Assembly (NCBI GenBank): GCA_963845065.1 | Contig: CAWJQQ010000008.1 | Location: 96,001-160,000 of the forward strand | Direction of reading: 5' to 3' | From: Nitrospirota bacterium | Lineage (GTDB): Bacteria; Nitrospirota; UBA9217 | DNA: 64,000 bases | Part shown: positions 42,428 through 51,486 of the stretch, in pieces | How positions within the stretch are numbered: the stretch's first letter is position 1 | Layout of the letters: each line of letters opens with the position of its first letter | Notes under the pieces: model-generated | Databases searched by the model: none | What the model saw: the letters and a program-made list of their open reading frames with translations, nothing else | What the model was told of the DNA's origin: nothing | Program-made: the position numbers and the translations under genes

Positions 42428-42838
42428 ATTGATGATTGACGCAAACCGAAAAAGAAAAGGAGTAACTATTATTATGAAAAACGAAGTGAGTGCATGGTGC
42501 GTGATTAACAAGGACACATTACCAGTGACCGGATCGGAGAAAGCGGCTTATGCGCTCATAGATATCAAGAATAAGCTATACAGGGTCTGCACCAACGAAG
42601 AAGACACTACAGCTATCGGAGACTGGCTGGCGGAGATGGCGAAGGCAAATACTGGCGAGAATGATTTCACGATCGTGGTGGTGAAGGCTCTGTAAATTGA
42701 GAATTGATGCAAGCCGAAAAAGAAAAGGAGGAACTATTATCATGAAAAACGAATTGAATGTACGGTGCATAATGAGCAAGGACTCATTGACGGTGACCGG
42801 TTCAGAGCAGGCGGTCTACGCGCTCATAGACATCAAGC
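42306..42838 (+). repeat. Diverged tandem duplication with a 268 bp period, spanning the PP2C/vWA gene junction
   Basis: PP2C 3' end, spacer with RBS and vWA 5' end each occur twice; stops at 42427/42695 and starts at 42474/42742. Confidence 0.92.
42474..42695 (+). CDS. 73-aa chimeric mini-ORF (vWA N-terminus fused to PP2C C-terminus)
   Basis: Own AAGGAG RBS; MKNEV..YALIDIK joined in frame to RVCT..IVVVKAL. Confidence 0.55.
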   Translation: MKNEVSAWCVINKDTLPVTGSEKAAYALIDIKNKLYRVCTNEEDTTAIGDWLAEMAKANTGENDFTIVVVKAL

Positions 42839-43992
42839 CGAAAAGCGGAACGGTGTTCGGCGCCATGGCCGCAAACTTCGCCCTTGTTCTTGACAGAAGC
42901 GGGTCCATGGATGGAGAGAAGATGGCGAACATGAAAGAAGCAGTAGGCTATGTGGTTGATCATTTGAGCGACCGCGACCTTGTTTCCATCACGATCTTTG
43001 ACGACCAAGTAGAGACGTTGGTTTCAAACCAGTTTGCTCAGAATCGTGATGAAATCAAGACAAACGTTGAATCAATAATAGCGCGCGGCGGAACTCAGAT
43101 ATCGGACGGGCTCAGGGCAGGATTAAAAGAAGCAATGAAGGGATATGCAAAGGAGCGAGTAAGCCGGATGCTTCTGCTCACCGATGGCCGGACCTGGGAC
43201 GACGAGGATGAGAGCCTCAAACTAGCCGACGAGGCAGGAAAGCGGGGTATTGCGATCACGAGCATCGGTATCGGGGATGATTGGAACGAAAAACTTCTGC
43301 TTCAGCTCGCAGAGCGGTCTCGCGGGAATTCCCATTGGATACAGAACCCGATTTCGATCCTCGATGCATTCCGGCAAGAGGTGGATGGCATGCAGACCGT
43401 AGCTGCAACAAACCTGAAAGTCACTATTCACATGAGTCCCGGCGTTCGGCCCATCAAGACATACACCACGGTCCCGATGATCGCCGATGTAACGCAGAAA
43501 GCTGTGAGAAACAATATCGTGGCCACAGATCTTGGCACTCTCGACGGCGCGAGGGGACAGACAATGCTGCTCGAGGCACGGGTACCTGTAGGAAAAGCAG
43601 GAAGGTTTCGCCTTGGCGAGGTGGAAGTTTCTTATGATATTCCAACAGAGGGCATTAGGGCGCAGAAGAGCAAGACAGACCTCTTCATTACGTTCACTGC
43701 GGACACTGCAACAGCCGCTAAAGTGAATGCCGAAGTGATGAACCTAGTTGAGAAAGTGAGCGCGTTCAAGCTCCAGACCAGGGCGTTGACTGAAGTGGAA
43801 GCTGGCAATATTTCGGCCGCGACGCAGAAGCTTCAGGCTGCTGCGACGGTGTTTCTTAACCTGGGCGAAGATGAACTCGCCGAAACAGCTGAAAAGGAAA
43901 TCCTGGGGCTCAAAAAGACCGGCAGCCTGAGTTCCGTGGGGACCAAAAAGCTCGAATACGGTACGAGGAAACTGACACAGACGATGAAGTAG
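42742..43992 (+). CDS. Soluble vWA-domain protein with C-terminal helical region
   Basis: MIDAS motifs DRSGS, GGT and LLTDG; AGGAGG RBS. Confidence 0.92.
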   Translation: MKNELNVRCIMSKDSLTVTGSEQAVYALIDIKPKSGTVFGAMAANFALVLDRSGSMDGEKMANMKEAVGYVVDHLSDRDLVSITIFDDQVETLVSNQFAQNRDEIKTNVESIIARGGTQISDGLRAGLKEAMKGYAKERVSRMLLLTDGRTWDDEDESLKLADEAGKRGIAITSIGIGDDWNEKLLLQLAERSRGNSHWIQNPISILDAFRQEVDGMQTVAATNLKVTIHMSPGVRPIKTYTTVPMIADVTQKAVRNNIVATDLGTLDGARGQTMLLEARVPVGKAGRFRLGEVEVSYDIPTEGIRAQKSKTDLFITFTADTATAAKVNAEVMNLVEKVSAFKLQTRALTEVEAGNISAATQKLQAAATVFLNLGEDELAETAEKEILGLKKTGSLSSVGTKKLEYGTRKLTQTMK

Positions 43993-44067
43993 GGGCAGAG
44001 GGCAGAGAACAACTAGTTACGCTATGTTCCCTGTTCTATGCCAAAACAAAAAAAGGAGGACATTACC

Positions 44068-44505
44068 ATGAAATGCAAAGAATGTAAGATGGAGAATATC
44101 GAAGGAGCACTTTTCTGTGAAGAGTGTGGGGCAAAACTGGAAGAGATGCCGGATCTTGTCGAAACGGCGGTAGAAGGAGGCAACACAAACATCGTGCTCG
44201 CTACTCCAGATGGAAGCAAATTGCAGATTCCGGCAAAAGACGAAGTAATCATCGGAAGGGAAGACCCCATCAGCGAGGTATTCCCTGATGTGGACCTGAC
44301 CAGCCTGGGCGGTATGGAAAAAGGTGTATCCCGAAAACACGCGGTCATTCACCGTTCTGGTACTGACTTTACCGTCGAGGATATGGGATCTACAAACGGC
44401 ACGTATATCAACAAGAAACGCATCCAGCCCCACGCGCCACAGATGATCAAGCCCGGCGATGAGGTCAAATTTGGGAAATTGTCGCTGTCGGTCAAGGCGG
44501 CATAG
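44068..44505 (+). CDS. Zinc-ribbon and FHA domain protein
   Basis: CKEC..FCEECG; canonical FHA motifs IGR, VSRKHA and STNGT. Confidence 0.92.
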   Translation: MKCKECKMENIEGALFCEECGAKLEEMPDLVETAVEGGNTNIVLATPDGSKLQIPAKDEVIIGREDPISEVFPDVDLTSLGGMEKGVSRKHAVIHRSGTDFTVEDMGSTNGTYINKKRIQPHAPQMIKPGDEVKFGKLSLSVKAA

Positions 44506-44587
44506 GGAAAGCAAGAAGGCAGGAGAGGGCAAGGGTCAAAAAACAGACTCCTGGTCGGCTCTTGTCTCCTCATTACGGGAGGATTAT

Positions 44588-46834
44588 ATGACAACCATAG
44601 CAAATATAGTATTGTACGCAATTGCGGGCGCTCTGGGTGGCTCTGCTGCCTGGGCGTTCGTCATAGCTATATCATCAACGTCAGCAAGCGGGCTGGTCAC
44701 TGAAATGATGCTTGGCAGCCTTGCAGGTATGTTTATCGGCGCGTTCATATGGAGTCACGAACCGATCACCGGAAGGCAGTATAAGGCTGCACTAAAGCGT
44801 GCAGCATACGGCGCAGCAGCAGGTCTTGTCGGAGGCGCTGCCGGCGCAGTTTTGGGCAGCACGGCCTTTACAGCGCTCGGCGCAGCTGTCGCTAATGCAG
44901 GAAGATTTAAAGCATCTCTGGGCGTTGCATTTGCCGTTGCGCTAGGATGGGCAATTCTCGGTGCTGCTGTGGGTGTAAGCGGGGGGGTGATGATCCGGTC
45001 TCGTGATCGTGCCTTATACGGACTCTCCGGCGGCGCCATCGGCGGGCTGCTCGGGGGGCTAATGCTTAACGGGCTTTCGGCAACTTCGATCTGGTCAACA
45101 CTTGCCGGACTCGTTCTGCTTGGACTGTCCATAGGCGCCTTCATCAGTCTCGTTGAGGAGACATTCGTATCAGCGAAATTGAAGGTCATCAAGGGACGAC
45201 ATATCGACAGGGAGTTTCCGCTTCTCAAAGAGACAAACATCGTGGGTAGAGACGACCGCTCCGATGTCTGTCTCTCGGGCGCCGAAGGAGTTGGGTTGCA
45301 GCATGCCTTCATAAAGAGAAAAAATGGGCACTTCTCGATAGAAGCGGATAAGGAAGGAAAGGTCGTATACGTGAACCAGAAGCTGACCAATAACAGCAAA
45401 CTCTCTGATGGCGATGTCATCCGGGTGGGGAGCATCCTGCTCATGTTTTCAGCCCTGAAAAAGGCGGCGGTTATGGCAGCGATCATCGTTCTGGGTACAA
45501 TCGCCTTGGGAGTGCATTCGGCACAGGCAAGCGATCCGGCGTCGGTCCAGATCAGTCAGTTTGACTTGAGCAACTTTCCCATGGTCAAAGCCTATGTTTC
45601 AGTACTCGATTCCACGGGTAAACCAATACGAGGTTTAGGAAAAGAAGATGTTACGCTCATGGAGAATAACAGGCCCGTTTCGATCGATACAATGCAGATG
45701 TACGGATCAGGCGGCAAGCCTGAGCCCTTCAGCCTTGCCATTGTCGTCGACCGGAGTGGCTCAATGGCCGGAGAGAAGATCATGCGGGCAAAAGAATCGG
45801 TGAAGCAGTTCCTGTCGCTCATGGAGCCTGGCGACAAGGCGGCCCTCGTTACGTTCAGTGACAATGTTGAGCTGGCAGAACCTCTGACTGACGACATGTC
45901 TCGGGTGAAACAATCAGCGGAAACCATCAAAGCTGGCGGCCATACAGCCCTGTTTGACGCCATCGCACGCGGTGTCGAAATTGTGCAGAACATTCCTGGC
46001 AGGAGGGCCGTAATAGTTCTCACTGATGGTATCGCCAACCGCGGTGCTCTCGATATGAATCAATCAATCGCTGTCGCAGTACGAAAAGACGTATCTGTTT
46101 ACGTAATCGGCCTCGGAAAAGACGTCAGGGCTTCTCGTCTTGAACTTATCGCCGAGGAAACCGGAGGCTTTTACTTCTTTACACCCTCCGGCGATGGCCT
46201 CTCGGAGATTTACGAGACCATCAGCAGGAGAATCCGGAGCGAGTATATTATCACCTACTTGACGGGAAAGCGGGCTGACTATCTAAGGAATGTAACGCTC
46301 AGCCTCAAGACAGGCCAACAGACCACGCGCGCGTACTTCCAGCCTGAGTCATCGCTGTTTGGCGCTAGTGCCACCGCTCCGGGCTGGGCTTTCGGCGTGA
46401 CCCTGGCAAGCGTCCTTGGGCTTGTAGGAATTTCACTCAGGAAGGTCGAACAACAGTATCGGACAGGTCACCTCAGTCTAGTACGTGGGCAGGGTACTAA
46501 GAAAGACATCGACATCGGTTCAGCCGTAACCATCGGCAGAGACGAGAGGAACACGCTCGGCTTGTTCAGTGACAACAGCATTGAGCAGCAACACGCCCAA
46601 GTCATCAATGAGGGCGGACAGTACTTCATCGAGGACCAGGGCACTCATGCCGGTACCTTTGTGAATAAAAGTAAAGTTTCAGGAAGGCAGGTGCTTAATG
46701 ACGGGGACGTGATCGATCTAGGGAAAACCACGATTCTATTTAGCGACGAACACAAGCGCATGTGCGCGGACTGCGGGAGCCCTGTCAAATCAGCTGCCAA
46801 GTTCTGCGTACACTGCGGTGCGAAGGCGGCTTAG
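44588..46834 (+). CDS. Polytopic membrane protein: TM bundle - FHA - TM - vWA - TM - FHA - zinc ribbon
   Basis: Gly-rich TM helices; FHA (VGR..QHA..LSDGDVI); vWA (DRSGS, GHT, LTDG); second FHA (IGR..QHA..GTFVN..LNDGD); CADC..CVHC. Confidence 0.85.
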   Translation: MTTIANIVLYAIAGALGGSAAWAFVIAISSTSASGLVTEMMLGSLAGMFIGAFIWSHEPITGRQYKAALKRAAYGAAAGLVGGAAGAVLGSTAFTALGAAVANAGRFKASLGVAFAVALGWAILGAAVGVSGGVMIRSRDRALYGLSGGAIGGLLGGLMLNGLSATSIWSTLAGLVLLGLSIGAFISLVEETFVSAKLKVIKGRHIDREFPLLKETNIVGRDDRSDVCLSGAEGVGLQHAFIKRKNGHFSIEADKEGKVVYVNQKLTNNSKLSDGDVIRVGSILLMFSALKKAAVMAAIIVLGTIALGVHSAQASDPASVQISQFDLSNFPMVKAYVSVLDSTGKPIRGLGKEDVTLMENNRPVSIDTMQMYGSGGKPEPFSLAIVVDRSGSMAGEKIMRAKESVKQFLSLMEPGDKAALVTFSDNVELAEPLTDDMSRVKQSAETIKAGGHTALFDAIARGVEIVQNIPGRRAVIVLTDGIANRGALDMNQSIAVAVRKDVSVYVIGLGKDVRASRLELIAEETGGFYFFTPSGDGLSEIYETISRRIRSEYIITYLTGKRADYLRNVTLSLKTGQQTTRAYFQPESSLFGASATAPGWAFGVTLASVLGLVGISLRKVEQQYRTGHLSLVRGQGTKKDIDIGSAVTIGRDERNTLGLFSDNSIEQQHAQVINEGGQYFIEDQGTHAGTFVNKSKVSGRQVLNDGDVIDLGKTTILFSDEHKRMCADCGSPVKSAAKFCVHCGAKAA

Positions 46835-46929
46835 AAGTCAGGGGTCAGCGGGGAGCGGGGCAAGAAGCCCCACGGGCACGAGTACAATGCCCCCCCTATA
46901 AATGTATTCACTGACATCTGAGAGAACTT

Positions 46930-48117
46930 ATGAATCGGCTTCTCAATAAAAGATATGAGATCATCAAGACGCTTGGCAAAGGCGGGATGGGATGCGTTTA
47001 CAAAGTTGTGGACCGTTATAGAAGAGGAAAGGTTCTGGCTATCAAGGAACTTCGAACGGGCAAATTGCAAACGTCAAAAGTTCGTGAAGCGCTCGCCCAA
47101 TTTCAGACTGAGGCGCGGATACTTACGCGCTTGACTCACCCGAACCTGCCGAAAGTCTACGATTATTTCTCGCTGCAGGGCGCATACTACATCGTCATGG
47201 AGTACATCCGGGGCAAGACGCTGGATCAATTGCTGAACGGCTTGCACGGGAAACCTGTGGAAGAACGGCAAGCGCTTTCCTGGGCGCTCCAGATGTGCAG
47301 GGCTATGCACTTTCTAAGCGTGCAAAAGCCGCAGCCCATCGTGTTCCGTGACATGAAGCCCTCGAACATCATGATCGTCCATGACGGCAGAGTGAAGCTG
47401 ATCGACTTCGGCATCGCCCGTTTCTTTAAGGCGGAGCGAAAAGAGGACACCTATGTGTACGGCACACCGGGTTATGCCGCGCCGGAACAGTACGGAATGG
47501 GCCAGACTGACGTGCGCTCAGACCTGTTTTCGCTCGGTGCTACCTTGTATCGCTGCCTTACCGGAGAACATCCGCCGCAAAACCCGCTGGATTTTATTGA
47601 CCTGAGGCGGAAGAACCCGAAGCTCAGCCGGGCGACGGCGGCCATTATCAATAAAGCGTTAGCACCGGACATGGCCAAACGTTACCAGAGCGCATACGAG
47701 ATGAAGATCGCTGTCCAAAATGTCCTTCTCGATCTATCCTCACAGGTCAAAGGAAAGAGGAAGGTCATCTATGCCAAACCGGGAAAGATGATCAAGCTCC
47801 CGTGGTGGAAAAAGACCTCATGGGTGAGCGTGCCAGTCATGTCCCTCGGGTGTAGTGGCGCAACTGGTATGTTGTCAGCGGATGATCGCTGGATCAAGCC
47901 GAAGCCTGAATCGTTCGGCCCCGATGCCATACGGCTGTTGTTCCGCGTGGAAAGTAGCATGTTGAAGGCGGGTCGAGAGTATCGGCCGCACATTACCGTG
48001 AATACCGATGCGGGCATACTCCGGCCGCAGCTGGCATTCAAGAGACAGTGGCCATGGATAATGATCGTGACAGTAGTGATTATCGTATTAATTGCGTTTT
48101 TGTTAATGATGCAGTAA
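46930..48117 (+). CDS. Hanks-type Ser/Thr protein kinase with C-terminal TM anchor
   Basis: GKGGMG, AIKE, FRDMKPSN, DFG and GTPGYAAPEQ motifs; hydrophobic C-terminus. Confidence 0.93.
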   Translation: MNRLLNKRYEIIKTLGKGGMGCVYKVVDRYRRGKVLAIKELRTGKLQTSKVREALAQFQTEARILTRLTHPNLPKVYDYFSLQGAYYIVMEYIRGKTLDQLLNGLHGKPVEERQALSWALQMCRAMHFLSVQKPQPIVFRDMKPSNIMIVHDGRVKLIDFGIARFFKAERKEDTYVYGTPGYAAPEQYGMGQTDVRSDLFSLGATLYRCLTGEHPPQNPLDFIDLRRKNPKLSRATAAIINKALAPDMAKRYQSAYEMKIAVQNVLLDLSSQVKGKRKVIYAKPGKMIKLPWWKKTSWVSVPVMSLGCSGATGMLSADDRWIKPKPESFGPDAIRLLFRVESSMLKAGREYRPHITVNTDAGILRPQLAFKRQWPWIMIVTVVIIVLIAFLLMMQ

Positions 48118-48235
48118 GGGGATTAGTTTTAAGAGAGAATACCAGATTATCGGAAGAGAGTACCTGATTTTTACCATGAGGGGGGGTGGTCCGGTCCTGT
48201 TCGGGTCAGGATGTACCTCGTTTTTTCATTTTCAG

Positions 48236-48779
48236 TTATGTTTTATTTATTTTGGTTAAAATCCAACCAGCTTGTCTAAATGTCAGTACTTTATCTTTTA
48301 TGAGTCGTTTAAGCGCTGCTATGCTCTTCCTAGCTGTCTGCCATGCGGGAAGTTTATTTAATTCAGCATACAGCCAGTTCTTTTTTTCTGTGACCCAATA
48401 GTAAGTTGCGGCAAAGTTTTTTATCAGCATCAATTTGTCTTTACTTACAAAAAAAAGTCTTGTTATAAAGGCAGTGATAAATCCTTTTGCCAATACAAAG
48501 ATCAGGATGCCTCTCAATGTCTTGCCCTCTGCTACAAGATAAATGCAATATATCTTGGCCGAGCATGATGAGAACAGGGAACAAAAAAAGGGATAATAAA
48601 AGATAGGGATTTTGTCCTGTGAGAAAGGTCTCAAAACGATTAACGATTTTGAGGTGGCCCATTTTCTCCATCAAGGCCATGATGGTGTCCCAAACCCATT
48701 CTTCGAACATTATCCAGAGTGAGGCGAGGACAATAACAACGAATCTGATCGATCTTCTTGCCGATCTTTTCAGCTTCAT
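48236..48779 (-). pseudogene. Frameshifted hypothetical membrane protein
   Basis: N-terminal part (FEEWVWD..PYLLLSLFLFP) and C-terminal part (AKIY..AKGFITAFITRLF) lie in different frames, with the shift near 48560. Confidence 0.6.
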
Positions 48780-49113
48780 CTTCTGTCCTCTTTTCATTTC
48801 TGGAGCATCTGTTTTGTGAAAGCCGCTTTAATACCACAGATGACGTCATCTACTGACGAAATCCTGATCGTGTTGCCAGCAGTTAAGCACATGGTTATAT
48901 GCGATTTTCAGACTAACAGGAAGGATATGTACTACTACTTAAGTTGTTAATCAGCTGTATTTCCGGTGCTTCATCATATTGGCTACTCAAAATAAATATT
49001 TGCTGCAATATGTACTATGTCAACACACTGCAATAATGTAAGTTCCCTTAGAGGCGGAAGTGATATAAGCATTTCTGCCAGATAATAAAAATAACGACCA
49101 ATGATGAAAAAAT

Positions 49114-50460
49114 CTACTCCTTCATCCCATATTTCTTCATCTTTTCGTACAGTGTGGAGTAAGCAATTCCGAGCACCTTAGCGGCTTCGGTTTTGTTCCC
49201 GGAGACTGACTGGAGCGTTGCGTGAATTGCGGCTTTTTCGATTTCTTCGAGCGTCTTGCCGCTCAGGCCTTCGAGAGTTGATGCCTTCTTCCCCTGTGAC
49301 AGGAATAGATCTTTCGCTTCGATCCTGTTACCGTCGCTGAGGGCGCCAGCCCTGCCGAGAACATTCCTGAGTTCCCGCACATTTCCCGGCCAGGGATATG
49401 CGGTGAGAGCTGCCGAGGCTTCCGGCGAAAGCCCTGTGAGCTTTTTGCCTATCTCTGCGGATATGCCGGCGAGCAGATGTCCGGCGATCAGCTCGATGTC
49501 TTCCCTGTGCATGCGAAGCGAAGGGAGATGTACCCTTACCGCTGAAAGGCGATAGAACAGGTCCTCGCGAAACCGGCCGGTTTTCACTTCTTTTTCGAGG
49601 TCACGATTTGTGGCCGCGACAACGCGGATGTTTACCTTTATAGCTAGTTCGGCGCCGACGCGCCTCACTTCGCGCTGATCCAGGGCGCGCAGCAGCTTGG
49701 GCTGCAGAGATGTTGCAAGCTCCCCGATTTCGTCAAGAAACAGCGTGCCGTTGTCGGCAAGCTCGAGGGCGCCTTGCCGGGACTTGACAGCGTCGGTGAA
49801 TGCACCTTTTTCATGGCCGAAGAGTTCGCTCTCGATCAGGTTCGGGGCAACGGCGCCGCAATCGAACACAACAAAGGGGCCCGTTGCTCTACGGCTGCTG
49901 TTGTGGATGGCTCGTGCTGCGAGTTCTTTTCCCGTGCCGGTTTCGCCTTCGATAAGTACGGTGATATCGGTGGGCGCAACGCGCTCCAATATGCCGAAGA
50001 CCTCCCGCATGGGGGAAGACGAGCCGATGAGGTCGCCAAAATAATTAGAGGAACTACGGAGATTCTCTATACGTTCTTCGAGGGGTGAGAAGACCATCTC
50101 GGTCTGTCCCAGGCGGATAAGGGAGCCCGCCTGGATGTATCCTTCTCGCACGCGAACGCCATCGAGAAATGTCCCGTTTGTGCTGTCGAGATCGCGTAAA
50201 ACATATCCATTCGAAGTTTCTTCGACACTGGCGTGCCTGCGTGAGACCGTGGGATCCGTGAGCACAAGGCTGCTATCGGGCATCGTGCCAATCGTGACAA
50301 GGGGGGTCTGGAGTACCATTTCCTTGCCCTCGTCCCTGCCTTTGTTCACGACAAAACGCGCTTTCCTGAGAACAAGCGGCTTCTGCCCCGCACTTGTCAA
50401 CACTTCTGTCTGGTCCGACTTTTTGGCAGGCTGAGAGGATTTTTTATCGGCCTTTTTCAT
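49114..50460 (-). CDS. FHA-domain sigma-54-dependent enhancer-binding protein (FHA - AAA+ - Fis HTH)
   Basis: FHA (VSRRHA, STNGT); [36 protein letters not shown]-terminal HTH. Confidence 0.93.
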   Translation of the reverse strand: MKKADKKSSQPAKKSDQTEVLTSAGQKPLVLRKARFVVNKGRDEGKEMVLQTPLVTIGTMPDSSLVLTDPTVSRRHASVEETSNGYVLRDLDSTNGTFLDGVRVREGYIQAGSLIRLGQTEMVFSPLEERIENLRSSSNYFGDLIGSSSPMREVFGILERVAPTDITVLIEGETGTGKELAARAIHNSSRRATGPFVVFDCGAVAPNLIESELFGHEKGAFTDAVKSRQGALELADNGTLFLDEIGELATSLQPKLLRALDQREVRRVGAELAIKVNIRVVAATNRDLEKEVKTGRFREDLFYRLSAVRVHLPSLRMHREDIELIAGHLLAGISAEIGKKLTGLSPEASAALTAYPWPGNVRELRNVLGRAGALSDGNRIEAKDLFLSQGKKASTLEGLSGKTLEEIEKAAIHATLQSVSGNKTEAAKVLGIAYSTLYEKMKKYGMKE

Positions 50461-50612
50461 ATCGACATTGTAGCATATCAGACTGGTAAAGAACATGGAT
50501 TTCGCCTTGACGTAAGTGCGGCTTTGCCCTATCATAAATAAGAATACCTGCAGACCCGTACGGCGGCAGTTCGATGGGCATTGACGACAAGGTAGCAGAC
50601 AAGAAAAAATCC

Positions 50613-51374
50613 ATGAAAATAATTTCATTTGGCGGAACCGACCCCGGGAAAAAAAGGCGAAATAACGAAGATGCATATTTGATCGACGACAAGATCGGGC
50701 TCTATGCCGTTGCTGATGGTATCGGGGGAAGCGAAGGCGGTGAGGTCGCAAGCCGAATCGCTGTGGATGCGCTGGCAGAGGCGATACCGGACCTGCTTCG
50801 AGAAAAGAATGGGCATCTGCCTTCAGGTGTCGCTTGTAATAATGAATCGGAAAACTCCCTGCTGCGTCAGGCGTTTACGATAGCGAACAACAATATTCGC
50901 CATGCTGGGGATCAAAACCCCGAACTTTCCGGCATGGGCACGACTTTGGCAATGATCCTCTTCAGGGATGAGCTTGTTTGCGTTGCTCATATTGGCGACA
51001 GCAGAGCCTACCTTCTCAGGTCAGGTGAGTTTAGTCGACTGACTGCTGATCATTCGTTTGTGGCAGACCAGCTTCGAGCGGGCGTAATAACAGCAGAACA
51101 GGCGAGAATGAGCCCCTACCGCCACATAATCACGCGGGCGCTGGGTGGAAACGGCGAGGTCCTGCCGGATGTTTCACAGCACCGGGTGCAGAAGGACGAT
51201 AGGTTCCTCTTATGCACCGACGGGCTCACGGAGATGGTCGATGATGAAGACATCGGCAGGATTCTTGCTGAGGCCGCACCCCGGGAGGCCGTGCAGAAAC
51301 TTTTGGCTGTCGCAAACGACCGGGGAGGTGTAGACAATATCACATCGGTCGTGGTATGGGTGGAGGAGATGTAG
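50613..51374 (+). CDS. PP2C-type Ser/Thr phosphatase (Stp1/PrpC-like)
   Basis: NNED, VADGIGG, GMGTT, HIGDSR, CTDGL and GGVDNIT motifs. Confidence 0.93.
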   Translation: MKIISFGGTDPGKKRRNNEDAYLIDDKIGLYAVADGIGGSEGGEVASRIAVDALAEAIPDLLREKNGHLPSGVACNNESENSLLRQAFTIANNNIRHAGDQNPELSGMGTTLAMILFRDELVCVAHIGDSRAYLLRSGEFSRLTADHSFVADQLRAGVITAEQARMSPYRHIITRALGGNGEVLPDVSQHRVQKDDRFLLCTDGLTEMVDDEDIGRILAEAAPREAVQKLLAVANDRGGVDNITSVVVWVEEM

Positions 51375-51486
51375 ATGTTCAGCATGGAAAAGTGAATCGG
51401 CAAGCAAATGGTATGAACTAACATGAGTAAGTCGATGCTTCAACGGCAAGGACTGTGTAATAAATGCATTTTTCGAGAAACACTCA

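Noticed and set aside
50461..50751. Extended N-terminus of the sigma-54 activator given in the ORF track
   Set aside because: It overlaps the divergent PP2C gene; ATG 50460 is the plausible start.
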